The notes under the pieces: generated by a model | The model's input: the letters and a program-made list of their open reading frames with translations, nothing else | Database searches by the model: none | Told to the model about the DNA's origin: nothing | Shown: in pieces, positions 26,872-40,791 of the stretch | Layout: each line of letters begins with the position of its first letter | How positions within the stretch are numbered: position 1 is the stretch's first letter | Translations under genes and position numbers: made by a program | Assembly: GCF_009914755.1 (NCBI RefSeq) | Contig: NC_060927.1 | Source: the human T2T-CHM13v2.0 reference genome, Homo sapiens | Direction: 5' to 3' (one strand) | Length of the DNA stretch: 64,000 nt

Positions 26872-28778
26872 AAGCCTTATATTTTCTATCTTCTTCCTGC
26901 TTCTATTTATAAAATTTGGAGAGTCCACAGCATATCAAAGAAAAGTTTCACCACTCTTTTTTCTAACCATGCTTAATAATGCAATATGTTTCTATAGATT
27001 CATATGGTTTACAAATCACTTTCACCTTTGAACATGGCCTCATTTAATAAGAAATATATGAAATTCAATGATAATGACTTTATTTTGTAATTGTAACTTT
27101 ATTTTGCAGAAGTTAATTGAGTGTATAATTTGCCAAGATCTCAGAGCTGAGCATAGCGACTCTGAGTTAATTGTCAATCTGAACTCCTAAACCTGTGTTT
27201 CCTGGACTACGGTAATTTACCTACGCTTTAAGGATGGTTTGACATTTTAATTACCTCTCACTATAGTTTTACCTAATGATTTTCTTTAAATCCTCCCCCT
27301 CTTTTTGTTACTCTTTTCTTAAACAGTATTGTTGGTAAATTCTCAGGCTTTGTATTTTTTCTAGTAAACACGACAATAAATATACATCTTCTTCACCTTT
27401 TATATCACCCCTGAGAATTACATTTCCCCTCATCTCTAGGTCTTTGACATTATTTGCTGTCTTTTCTAGTAATTACTACTTCTTACTCCTCATCCTTAAT
27501 TTATCATCCATACCATCCTTTACATCACCCTCCTAATCAGAGTATTTAACACCAACCAACCAAGCGCAAGCAGTTACAAGTCATAGATCACCTGACAATC
27601 AGAACAAGCTATGAATTTTAAAACTGACTTATATATGTGTCAACAGATAACCAAATGCCAAAATTGTTACATATCTTTTAATCAGGCACAATCATTACCA
27701 CCTCCCAGCTCCACAATTTTCATATTATTCAATTAACCAAACAGTCAAGACCTCCACTGAGTGATTCCAATAGCAGTGAAGTAGACTGACATCTTAGCCC
27801 TTCCTTTTTTGAAGTTACAGACTAGCACGGTAAGTGATAAGTGCCATGAAGAGACATAATGCAGGAAAAGGAGGTAGAAAGAAAATCAGTATCATCTTTC
27901 TTCCAATACAGTTGCAACTCAACCAACTAAAGTCAAACTACATGACTTGAAGACTTTATATATAGTATTCCAGATCTCTAACCTTTCAGAGCTTTCAGAA
28001 CACCATGTATGGGTACAGTTTTGGAAGATGTGGAGAAAAATTTGAAGCAAATGCATGGTCCTCTTATAAGTCCATGGACTCTGGATTATAGGAAATAGAA
28101 AAACTACCTAGGAGGCAATTATAATAGTCCAGCCTTAAGACAATGAATTAAAGTGGTGGTTGTGAGAATAAATAAAGATTTTAGATCTGGAGGAACAAGA
28201 GTTAAGATTTTACTTAGGGAATAAAAGAGAGGATGGATGAATCTCACATTTTTGTTAGTGACATCCAAGGATCCTAGGAAAGCCAGGGCTGAAGTAGATA
28301 AAAGTTAGAAACCTCATATAGATGCAAACCTGAGAGAAGACTAAGGCAGAAGGAGCACAAGAATGACCATTGTTGTTGTCAAGAGTTTAGAAATAGGTGC
28401 CTGAAGAGCAGCTCTGCTGACTTTAGTTTTGTACTCTGGTTGCTGTAAATGCTCTGTGTTGCTTTTATGATAAGTATTGTATCAAAAGCCATTGGTTGAG
28501 GTTTGCAGAACTCACCATGATTTCTTAAGCCTGGGTAGGAGATGCACCTAAGAGATTTGAGAACTCTTCTAGTTTCTTCTTCTTTTTAATGAAAAGACAT
28601 TATTATTACTTTACTATATAACATATTAGTGAATACGGCAGCTTGTATTTTCTCAAATGGGAAATGGCAAATGAGGCACATTTTTCTGATTTCTCCAGGA
28701 AGCTCAGTATCATCTGTCTTTTGGAGGATTTAATTTCTTATGACATCTGTCATACTATCCAGAGGATACCAATGGTGC

Positions 28779-29208
28779 TGTTACAGCAAACTAAATATGG
28801 CCTGAGAGGGATGTTGTACTTCTATATTTGAGTCCTTGTGGATGAACTGTAATCTAATTTAATCGGTAGACAAGATTGAAAACCTAACTTAGGAATATGC
28901 ACCTGTAACAATTGCTGAGTCTTGGCCAATCCTAGCAGTCATACTTCAACCACTCATGCACTGCTGAGTGTCAAACTGTGTTCAAATAAGGCAAATGCCA
29001 ACCTGTAACCAATCCAGCTGTTTCTGTACCTCACTTCTGATTTCTGTATATCATTTTCCTTTTTTTGTCTATAAATTTTTTCTGACCACGAGGCATCCCT
29101 GTAGTCTCTCTGAATCTGCGGTATTTCTGGAGGATGTCCAATTCATGAATCGTTTTTTTCCTTGTTCAATTAAACTTTGTCAAATTTAATTTGTCTGAAG
29201 TTTTAACA
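28779..29208 (+). mobile_element. 5' LTR (MER57A/B-like)
   Basis: tgttacagcaaactaaatatggcctgag...ttttaaca; CCAAT boxes, tataaa at ~29070, attaaa at ~29169. Confidence 0.88.
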
Positions 29209-29212
29209 GATC

Positions 29213-29230
29213 TGGCATCAGAAGTGGGAT
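29213..29230 (+). other. Primer binding site complementary to tRNA-Leu 3' end
   Basis: tggcatcagaagtgggat versus TGGTGTCAGAAGTGGGAT expected for tRNA-Leu(CAG), 16/18 identity; 4 nt after the LTR. Confidence 0.8.
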
Positions 29231-29596
29231 TCAAAGTAAAACTCTGGCGACCCCCAGAAATACCAGGTGACCAGGCGAGGTACCCGCTGAGCCCATTGTG
29301 CTCACTGTTCTCTTGATTGTAAATGGAGGTCATGGGTGAGTTTTCTCTCAGATTCTGAACTCCAGTAACTTGTGTTTTGGGGTCTCTGAGTTTACTTGAG
29401 CAATACTTAGACTGCACCGAGTCTAAGATCAAATTGGATTTGATAATTAACTGGATTGAATTCAATTAGAGGCCTTGGACCTTGGGTAGGTACTTTATTT
29501 TTAATAATGGAATTATCTCAGTCCAAGGAGTCTGGGACTCCACCTTCTGGAACTCCAGCTAATTTTATGTATAAAAATTATGGGCCCAGCACGTGT

Positions 29597-29910
<314 letters not shown>

Positions 29911-30635
29911 CAACGTGTGCATTTTTAGAAAAATGGGTTAACCCCACTAAAGAGAACTTAAGATGGTCGAAATGAGGAAGTTATAATTTGGAAAAAATTG
30001 TGTATTTGTGAGGCATATTGGAAAAAGACTATGTCCCACAGAAACAGTGGGACATAGTCTTTCATTGGTATGCAGAGGTCTCCAAAAGACTAAATGAATC
30101 AAAAACTAACTCCTTGAAAGATTCTTTGCAAAAAGCAAATGGAAAGCTTAGGCACCAGACCAAGGACATGACAAAAGAGGGCTGTGCTCTGACTGAACTA
30201 ACTTCGACTGTTTCTTCTCTTTATCCATTTCTGCCTATATACTGAGTCCACTAACCTTTTTGCTAAATTACCCTTTCACCCTGAAGATGATGAAAAAGAG
30301 GAAGTTAGATGCCTTACAAAGTAAGACCTGATCAGCCAGGCCTGTCTGCTATAACTACTTTCACTCCATGGTCTAAAACTGAGCTTAAAGTTTTGTGAAG
30401 GACTTCCCTTATTCAAGGGAAAATCTCAAAAATTTACTGAGGAATTTAGAATCCTAATAGGAGCTTACAAGCCAGGGCTTCCTGACCTTTACCAATTTAT
30501 TCACATGATATTAGGGCCTGATGAAGCTCAAGAATGGATGGCAGTAGCAGAATGGGACAAACCTGAGGAGGGTATTAAAGACCCCTCCAAAAGCTCCTCA
30601 TGAGAAGGACCAAAAGTAGCTAGAAAAATGGCTGA

Positions 30636-30950
30636 GCCGGGCGCGGTGGCTCACGCCTGTAATCCCAGCACTTTGTGAGGCCGAGGTGGGTGGATCACGA
30701 GGTCAGGAGATCGAGACCGTCCTGGCTAACGCAGTGAAACCCCGTCTCTACTAAAAATACAAAAAATTAGCCGGGCGAGGTGGCGGGCACCTGTAGTCCC
30801 AGCTACTCGGGAGGCTGAGGCAGGAGAATGGCGTGAACCCCGGGGTCAGAGCCTGCAGTGAGCCGAGATCGTGCCACTGCATTCCAGCCTGGGCGACAGC
30901 GAGACTCCATCTCAAAAAAAAAAAAGAAAAAAGAAAAAAGAAAAAAAGAA
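30636..30950 (+). mobile_element. AluY nested in ERV gag
   Basis: CpG-rich Y diagnostics; TSD agaaaaatggctga at 30622-30635 and 30951-30964. Confidence 0.95.
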
Positions 30951-31769
30951 AGAAAAATGGCTGAAAACATTTTACATTCAATTTCTAATATTTTTCTGCA
31001 AAAAGTTGATTAGTCTGTCATACAATCTTGTAAACAAAAACAAAAGGATGAACCAGTTTGAGATTACAGAACTCGCTTAGAGACATTGTTTGTGAAACAT
31101 TCTGGGCTTAAAGTACGGCAAGGAGTATTTCCTGCAGGGACTGAAATAGCATTAACTGCTCTATTATAAATGGACTCCGTCCTGAACTTAGAAGTTTAAT
31201 TAAAAAACATAAGCTTGGATGGGAAGTTACAGATATGACTGAATTGGTGGCTTTAGCTGAACATTTTGAGAGGACTCTAGAGCAAGAAAAAGCTCAAAAA
31301 GCTAACAAGCTGACCCTTCAGTTACAATGGCTACAGGGGCTGCGACCAAAGGGACCTTTCTCATTCTCATTTTAAATCACAACCGAGAGATCCTAGAACA
31401 AGAAATTCTTTACCCCAAGATATCTGCCTTTATTGCAAACAACCAGGGCATTGGAAAAGGGATTGACCGCTTTTATGTAAGAGGTCTGCCAATAAGCCTC
31501 CCTTTAGGCTGAACTGTTTCTCCACTAGAGGGAGCCCAAGAGACCTTAGCCCTCCTGATAATGGCATTGACGGGGCTCCCAGGGATTCTCTACTAAATTG
31601 CTCCCGTAATACCTTTAAATGAACATGGAGAAACAGGTTAAAATAAATGGGGAGTCGTGTACAGTCCCGATGAATACTGGAGCTATTCTATCTACCATAA
31701 ACCCCACTTTAATAAGCCAGTAAATCCCTAGAAGTAAAAAGGGTCATTTTTGTGAGGGTTGTTTGTATT

Positions 31770-32370
31770 TTTAAAATTTATTTTACGTTCCAGGATACAT
31801 GTACAGGACGTGCAGGTTACATAGGTAAATGTGTGTCATGGTGGTTTGCTGCACCTATCAACCCATCACCTAGGTATTAAGTCCTGCACCCATTAGCTAT
31901 TTATCCTGATGCTCTCCCTCCCCCTGCCCTGCTGCCTAGGCCCCAGTGTATGTTGTTCCCCTCCCTGTGTCCATGTGTTCTCATTGTTCAGCTCCCACTT
32001 ATAAATGAGAACATATGGTGTTTGGTTTTCTCTTCCTGCATTAGTTTGCTGAGGATAATGGCTTCCAGCTCCACCCATGTCCCTGCAAAGGATATGATTT
32101 CATTTCTTTTTCATAGCTGCATAGTATTTCATGGTGTATACTTACCACAGTTTCTTTATTCATTCTATCATTGTTGGGCATTTGGGTTGATTCCATGTCT
32201 TTGCTATCGTGAATAGTGCTGCAATGAACATATGCATGCATGTATCTTTATAATAGAATGATTTACATTCCTTTGGGTATATACCCAGTAATGGGTTTAC
32301 TGGGTCAAATGGTATTTCTGTTTCTAGGTTTTTGAGGAATTGCCACAGTCTTCCACAATGGCTGAAATAA
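31770..32370 (-). mobile_element. 5'-truncated L1PA 3' end nested in ERV protease
   Basis: Antisense L1 3'UTR and ORF2 C-terminus (EIPFDPVNPLLGIYPKE...WNQPKCP). Confidence 0.9.
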
Positions 32371-34039
32371 TTTACATTCTGTGGTGGGGGTTTCAAATCA
32401 AGTTCAAGACATTCCTGTATCTGAACCCATCCAATTAACATTGGGGCCCTTTTCAGAAAAATATACTTTTGTACTATGTGATGCTGCTCCAGTAAACTTG
32501 TTAGGGTGAGATTTACTTTCAAGTTAAAAGGGCATGTAAACCTTCTTCAGAGTTTCCTGATTCTCCTGAAGCAGAATTGTTATGCTGTCTACAGAAATAA
32601 ATTGATAAGATAGAAACTCAGGCCTGTAATACCCCTGATCTCTCAAAAATACTTGAATGTTTATGGGCCTCTTCCCCAACTGATATAGGAAGAATTAAAA
32701 GTGTGCAACCTATGAAAGTCCAAATAGATCATCCTAAACCTTTGCCTAAATTACCCCAATATCCACTAAAATCTGAAGCAATTCAAGAGCTCTAACCAAT
32801 TGTAGAAGATTTAATTAAACAAGGACTCATACTCCCATGCAGGAGCCCTTGTAACACTCCAATCCTAGCAGTTAAAAAGCCAAAAGGATGAGGTTGAAGA
32901 TTTGTTCAAGATTTACAGGCAATAATAAAATTGTAATACCAAGATTTCCCGTAGTCCCAAATTCTAATATTTTATTATCTAATGTACCCACTGATTCCAA
33001 GTGTTCACAATAATAGATCTCTGCTCAGCCTTCTTTAGCATTCCAGTTTATAAAGAGAGTCAATACTAGTTTGCCTTTACTTGGTAAAATCAGCAGTACA
33101 CTTGGCCTGTAATGCCACAAGGATTTACCAAAGCCCTTTCTATTTTTCCCAGGCATTGCATCAAGACTTAATGACACTACAGTTGCCTCAAAATTCTACT
33201 CTCATTCAGTACATAGATGAATATATGCTGTCCCACTAAGGAGTGCTCTGTAATGGACTCAGTTTACCTTTTACAGCAACTTTCATACAAAGGTCACAAG
33301 GCTTCAGTGGAAAAACTTAAGTTTTCAAGGCAAAAAGTCCACCATTTGGGATGTGACTTGGCTGCTGAAGGAATTTCCCTCTCAACTAAGAGGATAACAG
33401 CTATTCAAAGTTTTCCTTGACCTGCAACCAAAAGACAATTAAGAAGTTTTCTTGGACTTGCAGGATGTTGCAGATTCTGAGTTCCAATTTTTTCCTTAAT
33501 AGCTTCACCATTGTATGAGCTCACTAATAATGCTATACCAGAGCCTTTACCTTGGGAAGACAGTCATGAGCAGGCTGTTGGCCAAATAAAGTTGACCTTA
33601 CAACAGCCCTCATCTTTAGGACTTCCAAATTACACTAAACCTTTCACCTTGTTTGTTCATGAGTGTAACAATCAGGCATTAGGAGTCCTTGCTCAAGAAC
33701 ATGGTGGTGAACATAGGCCCATTGCATACTATAGCCTGCAATTATACCCAGTCACTAAGGCATATCCTAATTGACTAAAAGCAGCAGCAGCAGTGGCCAA
33801 ACTGGTAGAAACTTCATCAGATCTTGTTTTAGGAAATGAACTTAATTTGCAAATCCCACACGCTGTGTAAAGTCTATTAAATTCCAACCAAACCCGCATT
33901 TTTCAGTAAGCAGACTAACATCTTATGAATTACTTCTCCTATCTCCTTCTAATCTTCATCTAAAACACTGTAATCTACTTAACCCTGATACTGTTATCTC
34001 TGCCCAATGATGGTGAAGACCACAATTGTGTAAGTGTAA

Positions 34040-34361
34040 TGATATGGTTTAGCTCTGTGTCCCCACCGAAATCGCACCTTGAATTGTAATAATCCCTGTG
34101 GGGATTATTGAATCATGGGGGTGGGTCTTTTCCATGCTGTTCTCATGATAGTGAATAAGCCTCATGAGATCTGATGGTTTTATAAAGGGGAATTCTCCTG
34201 CACATGCTCTCGTCTGCCACCATGTAAGACGTTACTTTGCTACTCATTCACCTTCTGCTTCCCCAGCCATGTGGAACTGTGAGTCAATTAAAAACCTCTT
34301 TCCTTCATAAATGGCCCAGTCTCAGGTATGTCTTTATTAGCAGTGAGAACAGAATAATACT
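34040..34361 (+). mobile_element. MaLR solo LTR (THE1/MST-type) nested in ERV pol
   Basis: tgatatggtttagctctgtgtccccacc...aataatac; near-TSD tgtaa/tgtag; the pol reading CVSVVSEIV rejoins across it. Confidence 0.88.
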
Positions 34362-36135
34362 TGTAGTGTCAGAAATAGTGGCCCTTCATGTTGATTTCTA
34401 AGATACTCCACTGGATAATCCTGAATTAATACTTTTTTATTGATGGATCCTATGTCAGAAACTCAGAAGGAAAATTTCAGGCAAGATACACTGTTACTAC
34501 CCAAAATGAGTTAATAGAGAAGGGAACTCTTCCTCAATTTAAGTTGGCCCAACCTGCAGAGCTTTTTGCCCTCACCTGAGTTTGTCATATAGCTAAGGAC
34601 AAGTCAGTAAATATTTATACAGATAGCAGATATGCTTTTGGAATACTACATGATTTTGGAATGATATAGAAACTATGAGGGTTTTTCACATCTAGTGGAA
34701 CCCCCATCAAAAATTGACTCAAAGTAGATGAACTCTTTTCTGCTATCCTTTTACTATTGCAGGTTGCTGTTGTTAAGATTGAAGCTCATACTTGTAGAAC
34801 TGAACTTGAAAGTCAGGATAATGCTTTAGCAGATGTTTATGCTGAATCAGGTAGTGCTGAAACTGTTAAGATATGCAATCTGAATGAACTACATAAGATT
34901 AATCCAAGCCAGCTTCCTTACGACGACTTATTTAATAAACAATGCAATGCATCTCATTTGGAAAAACAAAATTGGTATCTAAAAGGATGTAAATTTAATG
35001 TAAAGTGCAGACTCATAGCCCAGATAGCTGCCTGGTGCTTCCTGAGTCTTTGAAGCTTCCATTGTTGAAAGCTCTGCACTCCACAACTCATCATGGAACA
35101 GACAAAATGATCCAATTATGAAAAAAATACTGGTGGGGTGACTTCCAAAACTGCTAAAATGGTTTATAACCAGTGTTTGACTTGTCAAAGCAATAATCCT
35201 GGAAAAACAATCAAAGTTTCAGGTAATATATGTCTACCACCTGATGGAGTATTTTAGCATTTACAGATAGACTTCATTCAACTGTCACCCTCAATGGGAT
35301 ATCAGTATATTCTTGCAATAGTTTGCATGTTTTCTGGTTGGATAGAGGCCTTCCAATGTAGTAAAGCTGATGCTGTGATAAGAAATTAGAAAATCTTTTT
35401 CCTTTATTGGGGGATCCCTGGAAAAATCTTCCAGTGATAGAGGAACTCATTTTATTGGGCAAGTTATAAAGCAGTTAAATAAGGTGCTACCAATGCAGCG
35501 GCATTACCATTGTCCCTACCACCCTCACTCTTCTGAAAAGGTTGAAAGAACAAACGTCATATTAAAACTGCAGTTGGCAAAGTTAACTGAATCAATTGGG
35601 TTGCCTTGGCCAAAGGTACTACCTTTGGCTTTAATGGCAATCAGATCCACTTTTATTGGAAAACATAAGTTGACCCCTTATGAAATAGTCACTGGAAGGC
35701 CTCATGCTTCTCCTGCTCTCTTAAACTCTGATATAACTAAGTACTGCAAGGCTTTAATGCATTATGCCAAAGTATACTTTTGCCAGGTAAAGGAAACTTT
35801 TTGAGATCCACTAACTGAGGACAATCAGACCCTCCCCATGGTTTAGAACCTGGAGACTGGGTCTTCTGGAAACAATATCAGAGGAAGACTATTTTTGAAC
35901 CTTGTTGGAAGGGACCTTACCAAGTTCTCACCACCCACACTGCAGTGAAGCTTCAGGGCCTTGAACCTTGGGTCCACGTCTCACAACTCAAAAGGACCCC
36001 TTCTGACTTGTGGAACTGTACACCTGTTGGAGACTTTAAGATAAAGTTGACCAGGGAAATCTCTCTCCAGGAAGAGATGCCATCCTAGTTGTGGACAGCT
36101 TTCCTAAGATCATGGATCAAGACTTCTCTACCATC

Positions 36136-37560
36136 ATGAAAGCCTTATGTGTTTTTCTGTTTTCCTCATCTTTTGTTGCCCTAATCCTTTCGTTTTCTGT
36201 ACAGGAAAATCCATGGGACCATAATCAGTTGATGGCTTTAGCTCAAGCTTGTGCTGAACACAAAACCAGAGTAATTGCTGGATTTGTGGGCTAATGCCAA
36301 AAAATCAGGAAATGATTCCACTGATGCCAATGCCTCTCTGTGTTCCCAGTGAGAATCACCCTGAGACTCCAAGGGAGGAATGGAAAACTATTATTGATAT
36401 TCTAAACATCACTGCTATTTGCTTTCCTACGCTCACTAACTTTTTCAATCGATAACTTGATCATTGCCAATTATAAAAAAACAATCCAAGTGATGCAAGC
36501 AAAAGGTATATTGTGCTTCCAAGGTATCATGCACTCAAGATTTGGGAATTACCTATGTTGGTACAAGTAATTGCTTGTATAATGTAACTGGATTAAACCC
36601 AGTAGGGTCTCCTTTTACTAAATGTGGTTATACACCCTTACTATATATTATAAAGGAGCCACAAAAAAAGTAAATTTCCCACTGGATGTTGTTCAGGAGC
36701 TGTGCAGATTTATGGATGAACAAACTTGACTGACCTCTGCTCAAATGTAACTAGGGGGCCCTTTTTTCCAAGCCCTGAGGATCTATATTGGGTCTGTGGA
36801 GAATCTGCATATTCTGTTCTACCTCCTCGTTGGTTCAGATCTTGTTATTTTGCCTGGCTTGCTCCTGTTTTTTTAATAGCTTCCCCTGAAAATTCTCATG
36901 ATAGCCCTTATAATTGGAGGCCAAAATGATCAATAACTGAAATTAGCACTAGCTTTGAAAAAGATAAGGATAAGCTAGTTTCCACTGATGAAATATTCCA
37001 GTGGGGCTCCTGGGGGCTCACTCTTGGTGGTAGTGGGGTATCAGTTGTATGGAATTTAAAGCTAATTTGTGAATTGGGGAAAATCTTAGATTTTGTAGCC
37101 AATTAGACCTCCTAGAGTTTCAGATGGGTAAAAGCTACTCTCTGAAAAGTAGATGACAACATACACATTCAAAACAAGCACTTAATGGAACATCATGCAG
37201 CTTTAGATATTTTGCTCAAGCTGAAGGCATACGTTTGGTGTTAAACAGAACTGAATGTTGTACTTATCTCACCCCTGATTTCATTACTACAGAAAGCTTA
37301 ATTTAAAAGGTGGGTGATACTGCTGTTTCCTTAGACACTACTACCAAATACCTTAAAGAAATCTCTCAAGAGAAAGGAACCCATGATGTGTTTACAGGAG
37401 CAACTGACAGTTGGTTTGCACATAATCCTAAGTGGTGGATGATACGCTTGGGTTTTCCAAGGGTTTCTAATCTTTATATTTCTTCCAATAAGTTTCCAAG
37501 TTATTATGATTTGTATTACACCAGGGTAACAAGGAAAATGAGTACCTCTTTAAATTAGGC
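36136..37560 (+). pseudogene. ERV env relic (gamma-type)
   Basis: Signal peptide MKALCVFLFSSSFVALILSFS; CWIC at ~36276; furin-like RPK(TGA) at 36918-36929; TM CX6-7CC relic RLVLNRTECCTY at ~37232-37267. Confidence 0.8.
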
Positions 37561-37687
37561 TACTTTCCAGCGAACTATGGTCCTTAGTCGCTCTCACACT
37601 CCAAATGAGGACTAGGACCAATTAGACCCTAATATTGTTGAACTGCCTATATTGTATAAACCTTAACTTGGTTAATTTGGTTCAGTT

Positions 37688-38042
37688 CATATTAGTCCAT
37701 TTTCACACTGCTGATAAAGACATACCCAAGACTGGGCAATTTACAGAAGAAAGAGGTTTAATTGGACTTACAGTTCTACATGGCTGGGGAAGCCTCACAA
37801 TCATGGCAGAAGGCAAGGAGGAGCAAGTCACATATTATGTGGATGGCAGCAGGCAAAGAGAGAGCTTGTGCAGGGGAACTCCTCTTTCCAAAACCACCAG
37901 ATCTTGTGAGACTTATTCACTATCATGAGAACAACATGGGAAAGACTTTCCCCCATGATTCAATTACCTCCCACTGGGTCCCTCCCACAATATGTGGGAT
38001 TTCAAGATGAGATTTAGGGGGGGACACAGCCAAACCATATCA
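37688..38042 (-). mobile_element. THE1-type MaLR solo LTR nested near ERV 3' end
   Basis: tattagtccattttcacactgctgataaagacatacc...ggggacacagccaaaccatatca. Confidence 0.9.
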
Positions 38043-38412
38043 GAACTCTTATTAAGGAGCATGTCTTAGGCATTTTGATATTATTCTCTTGATAGTCACA
38101 ATAATAGCCCCCCTGGTGTACTGTATCCTCTTAAGTCTTAAATGTTTTGTATATAGCCATCCATTGAGAGTTAATAGTCTCACTCCAAATGGGTCAGCAA
38201 GAACATAAAGATTCATTCAGCTGGAAAAAAGATGTGACTTGTGAATTTCATATTGACACCCAAGAAGACATGTGAAGCTCCTTACTAAAACTAAAGAGGA
38301 CTTGTAAACACACAGACCAAATAAGTCTTTTCGATTGTGAGAGAGACTGGTGTCAATGCCTAAAGTTTTGGTCAATCTCTCTAAATTGAGAGGTTAACCA
38401 AAAGGGGGGAAA

Positions 38413-38832
38413 TGTTAATGCAAATTAAATATGTCCTGAGAAGGATTTCATGCTTCTATATTAGAGTCCTTGGGGATGAACCATAACCTAACTTAATAGG
38501 TAAACAAGATTGAAAACCTAACTTAGGAGTATATGCCTGTAACATTTGGCCTATCCTAGCAGTTATACTTCAACCACTCATACACTGCTGAGTGTTCAAA
38601 CTGTGTTCAAGTAAGGCAAATGCCAACTTGTAACCAGTCCAGCTGTTTCTGTACCTCACTTCTGATTTCTGCATGTCCTTTTTTTGTCTGTAAGTTTGTT
38701 CTGACCATGAGGAATCCCTGGAATCTCTCTGAATCTGCTGTGATTTTGGGGGCTGCTTGATTCATAAATCTTTTTTTTTCTTGCTCAATTAAACTTCGTT
38801 AAATTTACTTTGTCTGACGTTTTCTTTTAACA
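38413..38832 (+). mobile_element. 3' LTR (MER57A/B-like), preceded by polypurine tract
   Basis: Homologous to 28779-29208; PPT aaaaggggggaaa at 38400-38412. Confidence 0.9.
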
Positions 38833-39309
38833 GTGCTTAGTAGTAAAGAACATTTTGCTAAATTGTCATGAGTCCTTGCTCAAGGTGTTCAGCTTTTTCT
38901 TCTAATCTGGTTTTCAGCCCTAGATCATGTGTTTCTTCATTATTATGCACAGGATCTAGTCAAGAGATATGTTTTGTATGTTCATATGGAATGTCCATAG
39001 AAGGGTGCCATCAGACATCACATCAAACTCGACTTTGCAATTATAGTCATCTGGTGGAGAAGACTACTTACATTTATGACAGATACACTATGTCTGTCAT
39101 AGTGTATCTTTGGATTTGGACAGTTCCAGTCCAAACATTTGGATTGGAAATGTTTCAAAATAATTCTCTGTGATATCACCTATTTTACTGCTGCTACTGC
39201 TATGATGTATTGAGATACTTATAAAGTGGTATAAAAATATGTTTTGAAGGAAACTGCTTTTAAACTGCCTCTAAGACATACCAATTTTCATCCCTTGACG
39301 ATTCCTCAC

Positions 39310-39714
39310 TGTAAGGTTCTTGTATCGGTTTGAACCCCGAGAGTGTGCCAACAGACAACACGAATAGGTGTGGAGAAACATGCTGTTTTAATGAGCGCCT
39401 GGGTGTAGGTGGGCTGAGGCCTAATAGGCCTCTGCCCCAAATGAGGATGGGGCAAAAGTTTTATAGTCTCCTATAAACAGGAAGCATCCTAGTCTGACGT
39501 AACTGCTACATTGTACCCGGATGGCCTCTTTCTCGATCTTCAGGGGTATCTTCCGGCCAGAGGAGGTATCTTCCGGCCAGCTCTCTTCCTGCTTCTGCTA
39601 TCTTGCTGACACACACTGCTGACACCAAGTGGCCTTGCGCCTTGGGACTGGGCCTGAGAAGGGAGGAGTTAATTCATCTCCTTAAGCTTTCAGGCCCCCA
39701 GGGAGAATCTTACA
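39310..39714 (-). mobile_element. Solo LTR, MER48-like (HERVH48 family)
   Basis: Terminal inverted repeats tgtaaggttct / agaatcttaca; TSD CTCAC at 39305-39309 and 39715-39719; minus-strand TATAAAA (~39460) and ATTAAA (~39387). Confidence 0.8.
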
Positions 39715-40791
39715 CTCACCACAGGCCTGTCATCTTGTTTCCCCCTCCAGTTTTGTTGAGACAAAGCATCAGAGGTTGTCCAAAAGTGAATGTGCTATGT
39801 TTAGAGAGGTGGCAGTACAATATAGTCAGGATTTCATGAGCATTTTCTAAGAGCAAGTGGAGAGTCAGAACCAGAGCTGTCAGCACATGAAGTAGACTCA
39901 AGTGCACTATAATTAACCACCCTAGGAGTTGTGTTTAGAAGATGCCTACCAGGTGTTTTCTGATGTCAGCCACTGGGAAGAGGAGTGAAGGAATGCAAAA
40001 CCAAAATTATGGGCAAAACATACACAGTGTCTGGTTAGGCCATCAACTATGGTATAAACCCTTCTACACCACTGAGGCATTCTGGGGTATGGAGTTGTAC
40101 TAACGTTGGTTGTAAGAATTTTGAATAGGGTAAGGTCTAGAGAATCATATCCTTGTCAGGATGCTGCTTTACAAATTTTTTTTAAAGCCAACAATTACAC
40201 TGTTTATTATCTCTTCCCTTTTTTTTAATCTCAGCTGTGTCATTGATTTAATACCATATTTTATTAGAACCTTGCCCATTCTTCTCTAATACCAAAATGC
40301 CATGATTCTTCAAACCCAGTTTCTCTGATAGTAGGGAAAAGTAACGAAGTCCCAAAATTTTGTGAAAGCTTTATATGCTTTTATATATATACACAAGAGG
40401 TACTGTTTTCCAGTATGTTGCAGAATTAAGTATAAATAGAATAAATGGGGGAGTTTCTTAGGGGAGGTGTCTTGGATTTTAAGGATTTATCTTCATATAC
40501 ATAATTCACAAAATATTTAGAAGTTTTTATTTTTCATTGTTATTTTAAGTCACTAAACAATGTTGTAAAATATATTAGATGTTCTTCTCTTGAAATAAGC
40601 TATAGACATGTATTAGGAAATTATGAGAGAACGAAGCTTTATATGGAAAGATCCAGTAAAAAGGATTCCAAAAATCACCGACCATCATAGAGAAGTTACT
40701 TTGTTTTTCACTTCCTTCAACAGAGATTTAAATTTAATACATTCTGAGAATAACCATTGAAACAATGCAGAGCAAAGTTCATGAAGTTAGA

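Larger units (their letters stand above)
31600..36075 (+). pseudogene. ERV pro-pol relic (protease, RT, RNase H, integrase) with many stops and frameshifts
   Basis: NTGA (degenerate DTGA) at 31673; SPCNTPILAV; RFVQDL; IDLCSAFFSIP; QYIDE (YxDD) at ~33206; LGLPNYTKPFTLFV; IDGS; NIYTDSRYAFG; LQIDF; SDRGTHF; YHPHSSEKVER; WKGPYQV. Confidence 0.9.

Noticed and set aside
31568-31573. TGA-CGG as a gag-pol readthrough signal
   Set aside because: Surrounding frameshifts prevent assigning this TGA to the gag frame.
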